64,000 bases of DNA from Candidatus Hodarchaeota archaeon (GTDB lineage: Archaea; Asgardarchaeota; Lokiarchaeia; Sigyniarchaeales; SOKP01): contig JBHLKM010000010.1 in NCBI GenBank assembly GCA_048886685.1, forward strand, positions 55,946-119,945, given 5' to 3'. A program made the position numbers and the translations under genes. Under the pieces are notes generated by a model. That model ran no database searches. It saw only the letters and a list, made by a program, of their open reading frames with translations, and had not been told where the DNA came from. Within the stretch, counting starts at the first letter, position 1, and each line of letters starts with the position of its first letter. Below are positions 39,183-49,391 of this stretch, in pieces.

Positions 39183-40247
39183 ATGTCACAAGAAATTGAT
39201 CTAATTAGTCATAAATTTCTAAAGAAAGCGAAATACCAGAAAATTATTAATGAAAAAATTACCCAATGTTTAACATGTGAAAGAAGATGTAAAATATCGG
39301 AAGGAACATTAGGTCATTGTCAAACTAGATATAATTTAAATGGAACTATCTATACCATTGTTTTTGGATGCAATGCGGGTCTTTCAAACAATCCTATTGA
39401 AAAAAAACCACTCTATCACTTTTTTCCAGGTACTAGAGCACTTACTATCGGCAGTTTTGGGTGTAATTTTGATTGTTTCTGGTGCCAAAATTATCATATG
39501 TCCCATCCTGGAAATAATATTTTAGAAATAATGAGTAAATATAACAGATTTATTTCTCCAAAACATTTTATTGATCTGGCTTTAAAAGAAGGCTGTCAAG
39601 GTACCTCTATTTCGTTTAATGAGCCTACTTTATTATTTGAATATTCATTGGAAGTTTTTAAACTAGCTAGGCAAAATGAATTGTATAATACTTATGTATC
39701 GAATGGTTATATGACAGAGAGTGTTTTAAACGATTTAGTAGGTGCAGGGCTTGATGCAATGAATATTGATATCAAAGGAGAAAAAGATATGGTTCAGAAA
39801 TATTGCGGTGTTAATGTAGAAAATGTGTGGAGAAATGCTAAATTAGCAAAAGAATTAGGGGTACATATCGAAATTACAACACTACTTATTACTAAATTAA
39901 ACACCAATGAATCCACAATAAGATATATATCAAAAAGAATTATCAAGGAATTGGGAGATGATACCCCATTTCACTTATCACGATTTTTTCCACAATTCAA
40001 GTCTTATGATCACGGTATTAATAATCCAACTCCTATAAATTACTTAAATAATGCATATAAAATAGCAAAAAATGAAGGTTTAAAATTTGTGTATCTTGGT
40101 AATATGCCTAGTAATGAATATGATAAAACAATTTGTCCTAATTGCTCTAAAATAGTAATTGAAAGAGCTTTTTTTGGTGTAAAGAAATTAGATTTGGATA
40201 TCTACGGAAATTGTAAATACTGTGGATTTCCAATTAGTATAATTTAA
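39183..40247 (+). CDS. amrS: AmmeMemoRadiSam system radical SAM enzyme
   Basis: PIEKKPLYHFFPG, GCNFDCFWCQN, NEPT, FHLSRFFP. Confidence 0.9.
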   Translation: MSQEIDLISHKFLKKAKYQKIINEKITQCLTCERRCKISEGTLGHCQTRYNLNGTIYTIVFGCNAGLSNNPIEKKPLYHFFPGTRALTIGSFGCNFDCFWCQNYHMSHPGNNILEIMSKYNRFISPKHFIDLALKEGCQGTSISFNEPTLLFEYSLEVFKLARQNELYNTYVSNGYMTESVLNDLVGAGLDAMNIDIKGEKDMVQKYCGVNVENVWRNAKLAKELGVHIEITTLLITKLNTNESTIRYISKRIIKELGDDTPFHLSRFFPQFKSYDHGINNPTPINYLNNAYKIAKNEGLKFVYLGNMPSNEYDKTICPNCSKIVIERAFFGVKKLDLDIYGNCKYCGFPISII

Positions 40248-40315
40248 TTTTTTCTTAAGTGTTTTCTAATTTTGGAACATTAAAAATATATTTTTGTGAA
40301 TAATAATATATTCAC

Positions 40316-41149
40316 ATGAGCGAAATTTCATTTGCAGATGTTGAAGGAATAAAATTATCTTATAGAATTAAGGGTGAAGGATATCCCATCTTTCTTATAC
40401 ATGGTTTTGCAAAAAAAGAATTCTGGATTGGGCAAATAGATGCTTTATCCAAAGAGTTTAAAGTGATTTGGTTTGATAATCGCGGAGTAGGAGAATCTGA
40501 TCGTCCAAATATGCCTTATACAATGAAGATGTTAGTAGAAGATTTAAAAGATTTAATGGATTTACTTGATATTCAAAAAACTCATTTAATAGGTCATTCA
40601 CTTGGGAGTTTTATAGCTCAAAACTTTGCTTTAACATATCCTGAGCGTGTTAATAAATTAATACTACTAAGTACAAATCCAGGGTTACCAGATAAAAAAG
40701 GTGCTGATATATTTAAAGACAATCAAATTGCTCTATATGAAGCAAGGATTGCAGATCCTATTGCTGGTTTCTATACCAAGATGAAAGTAAGATTTACACG
40801 CGAATTTCTCAAAATGATGAGAGCTGATCCTACGAAAAAATTACATGGAATCTTTTCTGCTGAAGATCTTATTAAGAGTGAAAATGAGAATCCTTGGACT
40901 CCTCAAGATATTATTAATCATTCTAATGCATTAGCAGATCATAATACATTAGATAACCTCCATAAAATTAAGCATGAAACCTTGATAATTGCTGGAGAAA
41001 AGGATAGATTAACCCCAAAAATATCAAATGAACAAGTTCATAAAAAAATTCCTAATAGTGAACTTAGAATTGTTTCAGGAGGGCATTATTTTCCATTAGA
41101 AAACGCACCTGAGGTAAACAAAATAATTTTCGATTTTCTTAAAAGCTAA
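40316..41149 (+). CDS. alpha/beta hydrolase (tandem copy 1)
   Basis: DNRGVGES, GHSLG, GEKD, GH. Confidence 0.92.
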   Translation: MSEISFADVEGIKLSYRIKGEGYPIFLIHGFAKKEFWIGQIDALSKEFKVIWFDNRGVGESDRPNMPYTMKMLVEDLKDLMDLLDIQKTHLIGHSLGSFIAQNFALTYPERVNKLILLSTNPGLPDKKGADIFKDNQIALYEARIADPIAGFYTKMKVRFTREFLKMMRADPTKKLHGIFSAEDLIKSENENPWTPQDIINHSNALADHNTLDNLHKIKHETLIIAGEKDRLTPKISNEQVHKKIPNSELRIVSGGHYFPLENAPEVNKIIFDFLKS

Positions 41150-41166
41150 GATACGTTCTACTTATT

Positions 41167-42012
41167 ATGACAGAAGCTTTTGCTGATGTTAATGGTATAA
41201 CAGTTTGCTATGGTATTCAAGGTGAAGGTTTTCCATTAATCCTTCTTCACGGTTTTGGCTCCAAAAAAGAGAGCTTTATGGCACAAATCCCTGATTTATC
41301 TAGGCATTTCCAGGTTATCACGGTTGATATGAGGGGGGCTGGAAAGAGCTCAAGACCAAATTACCATTATTCTATGGACATGTTTGCTGATGATGTTAAA
41401 GGATTGATGGACTACCTAAAGATTGATACGGCTCATTTAGTTGGTTTTTCATTTGGGGGGATGATAGCTCAAAAGTTTGTCTTGAAATATCCTTTACATG
41501 TAGCTAAACTTATTCTTATCAATACATCAGGTTTACTGAAGATACCCAAGGAGTATGATCCGGAACCTTATATTCAATTCAGAATAAAAAGTTTAGAATT
41601 AATTAAACATGATCCTGTTAAAGCTTTTTGGCAGAGTACTCAATTAGGATTTCCTCAAGAATTTAGGGAAGAAATGTTGGCAAATCAGAAGAAGAAATTC
41701 TACGGATTATGGTCTGTGGAAGATCTTATTGATTATTACACAACTGATCCTCCTACACCTCAAGACATTCGAAATATTGCATATTCTTTCAAAACTTTAA
41801 ATTTTTCTAATAGACTACATGAAATTAAGAATGAAACTCTATTACTTACAGCATCTCATGACGTTCTCGTTCCTAAAGAAAGAATGTTTGAGATGCACAA
41901 GTTATTAACAAACAGTATGGTTAAAGTAATAGAAAAAGCAGGTCATGAATCTCCAAAATCTAATGCACCGGAAGTAAATCAAGCCATCATTGAGTTTTTA
42001 GGAAGAAATTAA
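41167..42012 (+). CDS. alpha/beta hydrolase (tandem copy 2)
   Basis: HGFG, GFSFGG, AGH. Confidence 0.92.
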   Translation: MTEAFADVNGITVCYGIQGEGFPLILLHGFGSKKESFMAQIPDLSRHFQVITVDMRGAGKSSRPNYHYSMDMFADDVKGLMDYLKIDTAHLVGFSFGGMIAQKFVLKYPLHVAKLILINTSGLLKIPKEYDPEPYIQFRIKSLELIKHDPVKAFWQSTQLGFPQEFREEMLANQKKKFYGLWSVEDLIDYYTTDPPTPQDIRNIAYSFKTLNFSNRLHEIKNETLLLTASHDVLVPKERMFEMHKLLTNSMVKVIEKAGHESPKSNAPEVNQAIIEFLGRN

Positions 42013-42088
42013 CGCAAAATTATTAATTACTAAATTATTAGTAAATTTATCACTATTAGAAAATTTTAATCTTGGTTTATGGGGATTA

Positions 42089-42928
42089 ATGATGAAAGAA
42101 GCATTTGCATTTATAAATGGTGTTAATATTTGCTACGAGATCTATGGAGATGGAGATCCAGTATTATTAGTTCATGGATTTGGAGCAAAGAAGGAATCAT
42201 GGATTGCCCAAATAAGCCCTTTATCAAAGCATTTCAAAGTAATAAGATTCGATAACAGAGGCGCAGGAAAGTCGGATAGACCAGATGGTCCTTACACTAT
42301 GGAAATTTTCGCAGATGATATAAATTCATTATTAGATCATTTAGAAATTGAGAAAACCCATATCATTGGCTGGAGTTTAGGAGGGATGATTGTACAAAAT
42401 TTTATATTAAAATATCCTCAAAGGATTAACAAAATGGTGTTAATTAATACAAATTATGGTATACCTGATGAATCCGGGGCGGAAACATACAAAAATATGA
42501 GATTACAAAATTTAAAATTAAGCAAAGAAGATCCAGTTAAAACATTTTGGCAATCAATCCGAGCAGATTACCATTTCAAGTTTCGCAAGCAAATGGAAGT
42601 AGAACCTACAAAAAAGTGGTATGGTTTATGGTCAGCTGATGATCTAATCCAAGAGAGCATTATAGACCCCCCAACTGAGAAAGATATAATAGTTCAAGCT
42701 AAAGCACTGGCAACACACCATACTTTTGATAGATTACATGAAATTAAGAACGAAACATTACTGATAACTTCTACTCATGATAGAGTTACACCACAATCTG
42801 TTATGGAACAAATGCACGAGAAGATCTCAAATAGTACACTAAAAGTTATTGACAAAGCGGGTCATGGTTCACCCCGATCTCGAGCTCCAGAAATAAATCA
42901 AATGATAATAGAATTCTTAAAAAAGTAA
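42089..42928 (+). CDS. alpha/beta hydrolase (tandem copy 3)
   Basis: HGFG, GWSLGG, AGH. Confidence 0.92.
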   Translation: MMKEAFAFINGVNICYEIYGDGDPVLLVHGFGAKKESWIAQISPLSKHFKVIRFDNRGAGKSDRPDGPYTMEIFADDINSLLDHLEIEKTHIIGWSLGGMIVQNFILKYPQRINKMVLINTNYGIPDESGAETYKNMRLQNLKLSKEDPVKTFWQSIRADYHFKFRKQMEVEPTKKWYGLWSADDLIQESIIDPPTEKDIIVQAKALATHHTFDRLHEIKNETLLITSTHDRVTPQSVMEQMHEKISNSTLKVIDKAGHGSPRSRAPEINQMIIEFLKK

Positions 42929-43060
42929 GTAATTAAAATCTCTAATTTTTTCAAGAGAATAAAGCTCTAGATAAGTTTAACGTTTTGAATTTAAAAATGG
43001 TAATTTTAATAATGAGGTTTAATTTTACGATTTAATTTAGTAATATTCTTTTTTCGAACT

Positions 43061-44341
43061 ATGAATCAAAAATCAACTAATCAATCACATAGACAAGCAC
43101 ATCCTACCAAGGTTAAGTACCCCGAATTAAGCCCTTTATGGATTGGATTACTCATTGATGTTTTAGGTTTTTATATAATTATTCCCTATTTACCTGCCCT
43201 GATTAAATTTTTCAATACTACCCCTTTCGTGATAGGATTATTGCTCTCAACAAATGCTATGTTTTCACTTTTTTCAGCACCTATGTGGGGCAGGTTAAGC
43301 GATAAATACGGAAGAAGACCAATGCTTTTAATCGCTGAAGCTGGTACATTTACAGCATTTTTAATTCTAGCTTTTTCAAGTTCACTTATGATGTTTTTTA
43401 TTGCACGAATAGTAGATGGTATTTTTGGTGGAAACTTTCCTCTTACAAAAGCAATAATTACAGATAGAGTCCCTCCAAAAGATAGAGGGCTTCAAATGAC
43501 GAATGTAGGCGTGGTTATGACTATAGCGGGACTCGTTGCCCCAGGATTGGGTGGATTTTTATCTGTATTTAAAATTTTTGGTCCAGATTATCCTATGGCG
43601 CTTCCAGGATTAGTCGCTACGGGATTTTCGTTTTTAACAATTATTACAACTATATTTTTTATAGAAGAATCTTGGCCAAAATCTAAAAGGGAAAAAGCAG
43701 AACAACATATCAAAATAAAAATTAACCTTAGGGACAACAAAGAAGCCCAGTATTTATTAACTCAATTTGCTCTCCACACATTTTCATTTATAATGTATGT
43801 ATCGACACTTGCTCTTTTTATCGGACTAATATTGGGGCTTGACACAATAGGAGTAAGTTTACTTCTAACTGTTTCAGGTGTATCAAGAGCTATTGTACGA
43901 TTCACATTATTTAAACCGACAATGAGAAAACTAGGTGAGAAGAAAATGAAGTTTATGGGATTGTCTATCTTAGTAGTGACATTCTTTCTTGTTGGAATAT
44001 TTGGTACGCTTTATTCAGAAATTTGGATTTTTATCATTCTAATGGTTTTCGCGAGTTATGGAGTTTCATGCTCAAGAGGAATTTTAATTAGTGATGTAAC
44101 TCAAACGGTTACGCCAAAAGAGATTGGAAAGATTAATGGATATACTACAACATTTGATAGTCTTGCTCAAATAGTAGGTCCTCTTCTTGGAGCATTCATA
44201 TTAGAAAATTTTGACCCCTTTTTTTTTGGATTCGTTATGTCGATGTTAGCTTTGGGAGCCTTCATTATGACTTTTAAAAGTGTTGTTCCATTAATGCAAA
44301 AAGAACAATTTAAAGAAATGGAGAAAACTATAGAGTTATAA
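43061..44341 (+). CDS. MFS transporter (TetA/DHA1-like)
   Basis: GRLSDKYGRRP motif A, ARIVDG. Confidence 0.92.
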   Translation: MNQKSTNQSHRQAHPTKVKYPELSPLWIGLLIDVLGFYIIIPYLPALIKFFNTTPFVIGLLLSTNAMFSLFSAPMWGRLSDKYGRRPMLLIAEAGTFTAFLILAFSSSLMMFFIARIVDGIFGGNFPLTKAIITDRVPPKDRGLQMTNVGVVMTIAGLVAPGLGGFLSVFKIFGPDYPMALPGLVATGFSFLTIITTIFFIEESWPKSKREKAEQHIKIKINLRDNKEAQYLLTQFALHTFSFIMYVSTLALFIGLILGLDTIGVSLLLTVSGVSRAIVRFTLFKPTMRKLGEKKMKFMGLSILVVTFFLVGIFGTLYSEIWIFIILMVFASYGVSCSRGILISDVTQTVTPKEIGKINGYTTTFDSLAQIVGPLLGAFILENFDPFFFGFVMSMLALGAFIMTFKSVVPLMQKEQFKEMEKTIEL

Positions 44342-44425
44342 ACTCTTTCATGGAGTCTATTTTTTTCTTTTTTAATAAAATGATTTCGGAATAATTTTTT
44401 AAAGATCTTTGTTAATTATTATATT

Positions 44426-45238
44426 ATGAAAAAAAGCGATGAGGGTAAACAAAACAATTCTTCACCTAAAGATAGCGAAGAGAAGACAGTAGAACTTCCG
44501 GCGTTTGACTTCTTTAAGATTAATTTCATTAGCTTTCTCTTCCCTCTATATGTTTGTTTGGGGCTTTTTCTACTATTTGAATATTGCTTCATTAATTTAT
44601 TTTCAATTCATCCTCTAATCCACTTTTTAATTTTACCAGGATTTCTTTTTCTATTATATTATATTTATTTAATCGTATTAATCGAATTCAGTGCTCTATG
44701 GACTCGGAGTTGGAATAAAAATTCTCCACCACAACAAGGTGTTTTTGCAAGAGTTCTCGATAATATAAACAGTCCGGAAGGAAAATTGATTAAATATTAC
44801 CATAAACGAGGCTTTATTATAAAATATCCCATGTGGTTAACATCAAAATCACCATTTCCTTGGCTGGTTAACCGGACACTTCGGAGAATAGGTCATAATA
44901 AAATAGGACAAAATGTAATTTATTGTGATAGTTATGTAGGATTAGAATTTACAGACCTTGGTGATAATGTTTTTATCTATCCTACTACGGGATTATCAAG
45001 TCACGCGGTGAACACGATTTTTGGAAAAATAACTATGATGGAAATGAAATTAGGAAGGAATACTACTATATATCCGGGTGATGTCGTAGGCCCAAATGTA
45101 ATAACAGAGGATAATAATGTAATTTATCCAAATACAGTTTTACATAAAAATTGGAGAGGAAAACCTGGAAAATCTTATTATCAAGGGAGCCCTGGTCGTC
45201 CTATTGAAGTAAAAGAACTAAATGAAAAAAATTCTTAA
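44426..45238 (+). CDS. membrane-anchored left-handed beta-helix (acyltransferase-like) protein
   Basis: 2 TM helices then hexapeptide-like IGQNV/LGDNV/LGRNT repeats; ends YQGSPGRP. Confidence 0.65.
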   Translation: MKKSDEGKQNNSSPKDSEEKTVELPAFDFFKINFISFLFPLYVCLGLFLLFEYCFINLFSIHPLIHFLILPGFLFLLYYIYLIVLIEFSALWTRSWNKNSPPQQGVFARVLDNINSPEGKLIKYYHKRGFIIKYPMWLTSKSPFPWLVNRTLRRIGHNKIGQNVIYCDSYVGLEFTDLGDNVFIYPTTGLSSHAVNTIFGKITMMEMKLGRNTTIYPGDVVGPNVITEDNNVIYPNTVLHKNWRGKPGKSYYQGSPGRPIEVKELNEKNS

Positions 45239-46743
45239 TTTTTTGGGAATTTTCCATATTTTTGTAGAAATTCTCTATAACTATTTAATTTATCTAACAC
45301 ACTCCCTGCTAAATCCAAGCTTTCAAAAACGGGAACATTTCGATTCAAGAGTTTTAGTTTAAATTTATATCTACTCTTATATTCCTCAAAACCTTCATTT
45401 ATTTTAAGCATGACACAATACATAGGTTTAGTGCTAACGCTTTTTGCTTTTGAAATATATCTAATAAACTCTCTATTCAAATCTACCATCTCAAATCCTT
45501 GGATTACCTTATGGGAACGAAACATTTCTTCCATTAATTTTTGAAAATTTCCAAATCTTTCAGGATCCTTAATGAATACAATCGAAGAAATATTCGGATC
45601 TTTATTCAAAGCCATTATCGTACGGTAATAAATATTTGGTTGAATACCTGCACCACCCAAGTCCAGTGGGTTTGTAACGTTAGTATTAACATCTGGTAAA
45701 AACCTTTTCATTTTGCTAATAGTTTTCTCAGATAACATAGGGATTTTTAAATTATTTTTTTCAAGAATATCAATAGCTTCTATGGTTGAACCTCCACCTA
45801 TCCCAATAACACCGACATTTCTAGAATCTGGTAAACTTGTCAAGTTAAAAGCTGAAGCTAATGCTGCTAATTCATTGGAATTGCTTACGATGCAACTACC
45901 TGTTTGTTTACCTACAGTCTTCCACATTTCATTATTTCCCGCTAGTCCACCAGTATGAGATAATATTGCTTTTTTTGTAGCCTCACCGTATCCTGCCCTC
46001 CAAAGTATTACTGGTTTCCGATTTAAATTGCATTCTTTCACCGCTTTCATGAATTGTCTTCCTTGTTTTATAGATCTTAAATTCTCAACATATAGTCCTA
46101 TAATTTTTGTATATTCATCCTGATTAAAGTATTCTAAAAATTCTACTGGTGATAAATCTAAAGCATTTCCAATTGATATAAATTTAGAAACATATAAGCC
46201 GTATGAAACAGCCAATTGTGACATATTTTGGGCAATTCCGCCTGATTGAAAGACTCCTGAAAAATTACCTGCCTTCCTAGATTGAGAAAAAGCAAAGTGA
46301 AGACCTGCCTTTGGATTATAAACTCCTAAACAATTCGGACCAATAATTCTTACATTATATCGTTTCGCGACACTTAAGAGTTCCTGTTCAAGATCTTCTT
46401 TACCAACTTCACGAAATCCTGATGCAAAAACTGTTACAAAGGGAACCCCTTTTTTACCAATCTCTTCCATTAGTTCAGGACATAATCGGGCAGGTATAGC
46501 TAAGATTACATAATCTATTGGTTCTTCAATATCTAAGATCGAACTATAAATTTTATATCCAAATATTTCTTGACCAGTGAATTTAGGATTAAATAAATAT
46601 ATTGGCCTCTTAAACTTTCCTCTCATGCATCTAAGAAAGAAAGTCCCTCCTCTAAAGTCGGGTGATACTCCTATAACTCCTATTGCTCTTGGAAAAAATA
46701 ATCTTTCAAAGTCAATGTTGTTTAATTTTTTCACGTCAGACAT
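45235..46743 (-). CDS. ADP-forming acyl-CoA synthetase alpha subunit (CoA-binding protein)
   Basis: LFFPRAIGVIGVS, RIIGPNCLG, SHTGGLAG, NPLDL. Confidence 0.88.
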   Translation of the reverse strand: MSDVKKLNNIDFERLFFPRAIGVIGVSPDFRGGTFFLRCMRGKFKRPIYLFNPKFTGQEIFGYKIYSSILDIEEPIDYVILAIPARLCPELMEEIGKKGVPFVTVFASGFREVGKEDLEQELLSVAKRYNVRIIGPNCLGVYNPKAGLHFAFSQSRKAGNFSGVFQSGGIAQNMSQLAVSYGLYVSKFISIGNALDLSPVEFLEYFNQDEYTKIIGLYVENLRSIKQGRQFMKAVKECNLNRKPVILWRAGYGEATKKAILSHTGGLAGNNEMWKTVGKQTGSCIVSNSNELAALASAFNLTSLPDSRNVGVIGIGGGSTIEAIDILEKNNLKIPMLSEKTISKMKRFLPDVNTNVTNPLDLGGAGIQPNIYYRTIMALNKDPNISSIVFIKDPERFGNFQKLMEEMFRSHKVIQGFEMVDLNREFIRYISKAKSVSTKPMYCVMLKINEGFEEYKSRYKFKLKLLNRNVPVFESLDLAGSVLDKLNSYREFLQKYGKFPKN

Positions 46744-46893
46744 GGTATTCTGATTTAAATTTACAATAAAAGATAATTTATGTAGATTAATTAATAATTC
46801 CTAAAATATTTTAGTGTTTTGGTCTCAAAGATGTGATTTGAATATTAACTCAATGTGTTTTAATTAATAATTTCTTTTATTAGGGAACGATTG

Positions 46894-47631
46894 TTAACCT
46901 ATTTCATCTAAAATCTTTTTAACTTTATCAACTTCATTAGTAATAATTCCATCAATACCCAAATTTATTAATCTTTTAATTTTTGACTCAGAATTGACCG
47001 TCCATGGGAAAATTTTAAGATTGTTATTATGAGCTCTAGTGATAAATTTCTGAGTTATAAGTTTGTAGAACGGATTAACCGCATAAAATTTATTTTTAAT
47101 TGCTAAACTGAGTAATTTCTTCCTTGACAACCAACTTTTCATCCATCCAATTCGTGTTGGCCCCAACGATGCCAATTTAATTCCTGGTTCTAATTTATGA
47201 ATTGTTAACAAAACATCATGTTTAAAAGAACTAATTATTGTGGTATTTATTAAATTTGATTCCCTTAGTATTTTAACAATCTTTTCAGCAATTCCTCTTA
47301 CCTTTATCTCGCAATTTAATTTAATTTTCTCTTTAGCTAATTCAATTAATTCATGCAATGTTGGAATTGATTCACCCTCACCGCAGTCAAGTTTTTTTAA
47401 CTCTTCAAGAGTCATTTTTTTTATTATCCCAAACTGTCCTGTTGTTCTAAGGGTATTACCATCATGCATTATAACTATTTCTCCATCTTTACTTTGGTGT
47501 ACATCAAACTCAATGTAATCTGCATTTAGTTCTATTGCCTTTTCAAAAGCTTTTAGGGTATTTTCTGGAGCAATATTGCTGGCTCCCCTATGAGCAACTA
47601 TTAAAACATTTTTATTTCCATGAGGTAGGAT
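46894..47631 (-). CDS. glycerophosphodiester phosphodiesterase (start codon uncertain)
   Basis: The frame extends beyond the ORF-track start to IVAHRGASNIAPENTLKAF...YIEFDV...MHD; also PWTVN and DGIITN. Confidence 0.85.
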   Translation of the reverse strand: MLPHGNKNVLIVAHRGASNIAPENTLKAFEKAIELNADYIEFDVHQSKDGEIVIMHDGNTLRTTGQFGIIKKMTLEELKKLDCGEGESIPTLHELIELAKEKIKLNCEIKVRGIAEKIVKILRESNLINTTIISSFKHDVLLTIHKLEPGIKLASLGPTRIGWMKSWLSRKKLLSLAIKNKFYAVNPFYKLITQKFITRAHNNNLKIFPWTVNSESKIKRLINLGIDGIITNEVDKVKKILDEIG

Positions 47632-48039
47632 GGGCGATTCCCCTTTCTACTTTATTTTTCTTAAATTTATTTATAAAAAATAAATGTTTTATAATTTTTT
47701 TATTTATTTTTTAAAGGAATGCGCTAAAAAAGTGAATTTTAAGGCTCTATTTATTTAATTAGACAATCATTTTAATAAATTCAGAATTTTATTTTCATTA
47801 AATTCTCGTTAACTCAGAATTTTTTGAGCTCTATTTTTTGCACAAACTTAATTGGAAATTAATAATTCAAACATAAAATTTTTAAATGTGTTTTGGCAAC
47901 AGATAATCTAGATAAAAGTTAAATTTATAAGTGGTTTTTATTTTTTATATTTCTGACATAATTAGAAATAACCTAAAAAACAAAAAGTTTAAAAGTATAA
48001 AAAGACACATTACAGAATTAGGGTGCAACGTAAGAAATT

Positions 48040-48291
48040 ATGAAATTTTGCGACAATTGCGGAAATATGCTTATCCCAAAAAATGGAAAACTATATTGTA
48101 AAGCCTGTGAAGAGGAATTCGACTTAGGTAAAAATCAAGAGGAATATAAAATCCAAAAGAAAATCCGTCACGACGAAAAAGAATCTGCTCCGATAATTAT
48201 AAAGGAGGGATTAAGAGGAGAAAGAATATCTAGCGACGATCGAAAAGCATATGAAGACCTGTTTAGTGGAAGTGAAGCAGATGGTTACTAA
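48040..48291 (+). CDS. RpoM/TFS-like N-terminal zinc-ribbon protein lacking the C-terminal ribbon
   Basis: MKFCDNCGNMLIP...LYCKAC; no second CxxC pair and no QxRxADE motif. Confidence 0.75.
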   Translation: MKFCDNCGNMLIPKNGKLYCKACEEEFDLGKNQEEYKIQKKIRHDEKESAPIIIKEGLRGERISSDDRKAYEDLFSGSEADGY

Positions 48292-48496
48292 TTCAGTCTT
48301 TCTTCACAGAATTAGAGTTAGATCACTTATTCTTCCTTAATAAAAAAAAATCGTATTCTTTATAGATGTTTTAATATTTCTTTAACTCAAGTTTTAAATT
48401 ATTTATACTAATACGGGATAATTTCAGTATTTAAATTAGTTGAGATTTAAACTGAAAATATTAGAAAAAATATAATCTTATTATTTACTGATTAGA

Positions 48497-48892
48497 ATGA
48501 CTGAAGAAAAAAAGAAGAAACTCCGTGGTTTTGCAGGGATTGTATCTAAATTAATTTTACCTCTAAATGAAAACAAAAAATTTAAAGAAAGATTCAAGGA
48601 TACTGAAGTTAAAGTTCTATTGAATGCCAAAGATGGAAAATATGCAGCATTGCTAGTAATAGATAAAGGTACTATTCATGTAGAGGGAATGAAAAATATA
48701 CCTAAAAAGGATTTAAAAAAGAAAGTTGTTGGGTGGAATGGGCTATTACAAACAAAAACTTCGGTTTTTTTGGAGATTCTTGAAGGAGATAATATAAAAA
48801 TAGGAAAAGTTGTATGGAAAATTCTAACTTTTAGAATAAAAATAAGAGGAATAAAACATGTACTTATCCTACTCCAATTGTTTAACTTATAA
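48497..48892 (+). CDS. SCP2-like lipid-carrier protein
   Basis: ALLVIDKGTIHVE...KIKIRG pattern. Confidence 0.5.
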   Translation: MTEEKKKKLRGFAGIVSKLILPLNENKKFKERFKDTEVKVLLNAKDGKYAALLVIDKGTIHVEGMKNIPKKDLKKKVVGWNGLLQTKTSVFLEILEGDNIKIGKVVWKILTFRIKIRGIKHVLILLQLFNL

Positions 48893-48909
48893 CATACATA
48901 TTGCAAACC

Positions 48910-49332
48910 TTATAAGAAAATACTAACTAAAGAATTCATTTTTTCTCTAAGTTTTTCCTTATTTTTCTCATCTTTTAATGAGTTGAGGATTACATCCTTA
49001 TCATTATTGGATATTGAGGGAAAATTTTCAAGAAATTCTCTTAAATAGATGATTTTTTTTGTAGGTTTTTCTTGAATTTTTGAAATAAAATTATCAACTA
49101 GATTTTGCAAAATATTTGCTTGTTCTTTTCCTTTGGTATGTAAATGTTCTCCTTTAGTTTTTTCTATTTCTTGTAAAATACTATTGGATTCAATTATATC
49201 ACTCATAATATTCTTAAGAGTCTCATTTCTTGATAAAATTGATAACATAGAAAGGTATTTTTCTAAATCTAAATTTTTTTTCTCAATATCTTTAATCATA
49301 TTGAGAATTTCATCCTTTTTTCCTCTTTCCAT
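48910..49332 (-). CDS. hypothetical helical protein
   Basis: 140-aa ORF filling the gap between neighbouring genes. Confidence 0.65.
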   Translation of the reverse strand: MERGKKDEILNMIKDIEKKNLDLEKYLSMLSILSRNETLKNIMSDIIESNSILQEIEKTKGEHLHTKGKEQANILQNLVDNFISKIQEKPTKKIIYLREFLENFPSISNNDKDVILNSLKDEKNKEKLREKMNSLVSIFL

Positions 49333-49391
49333 ATATAAATTAAGTTTTCTCTAAATTTTTAAATTTAACTGAAAATAATTGTTAAATAGAA

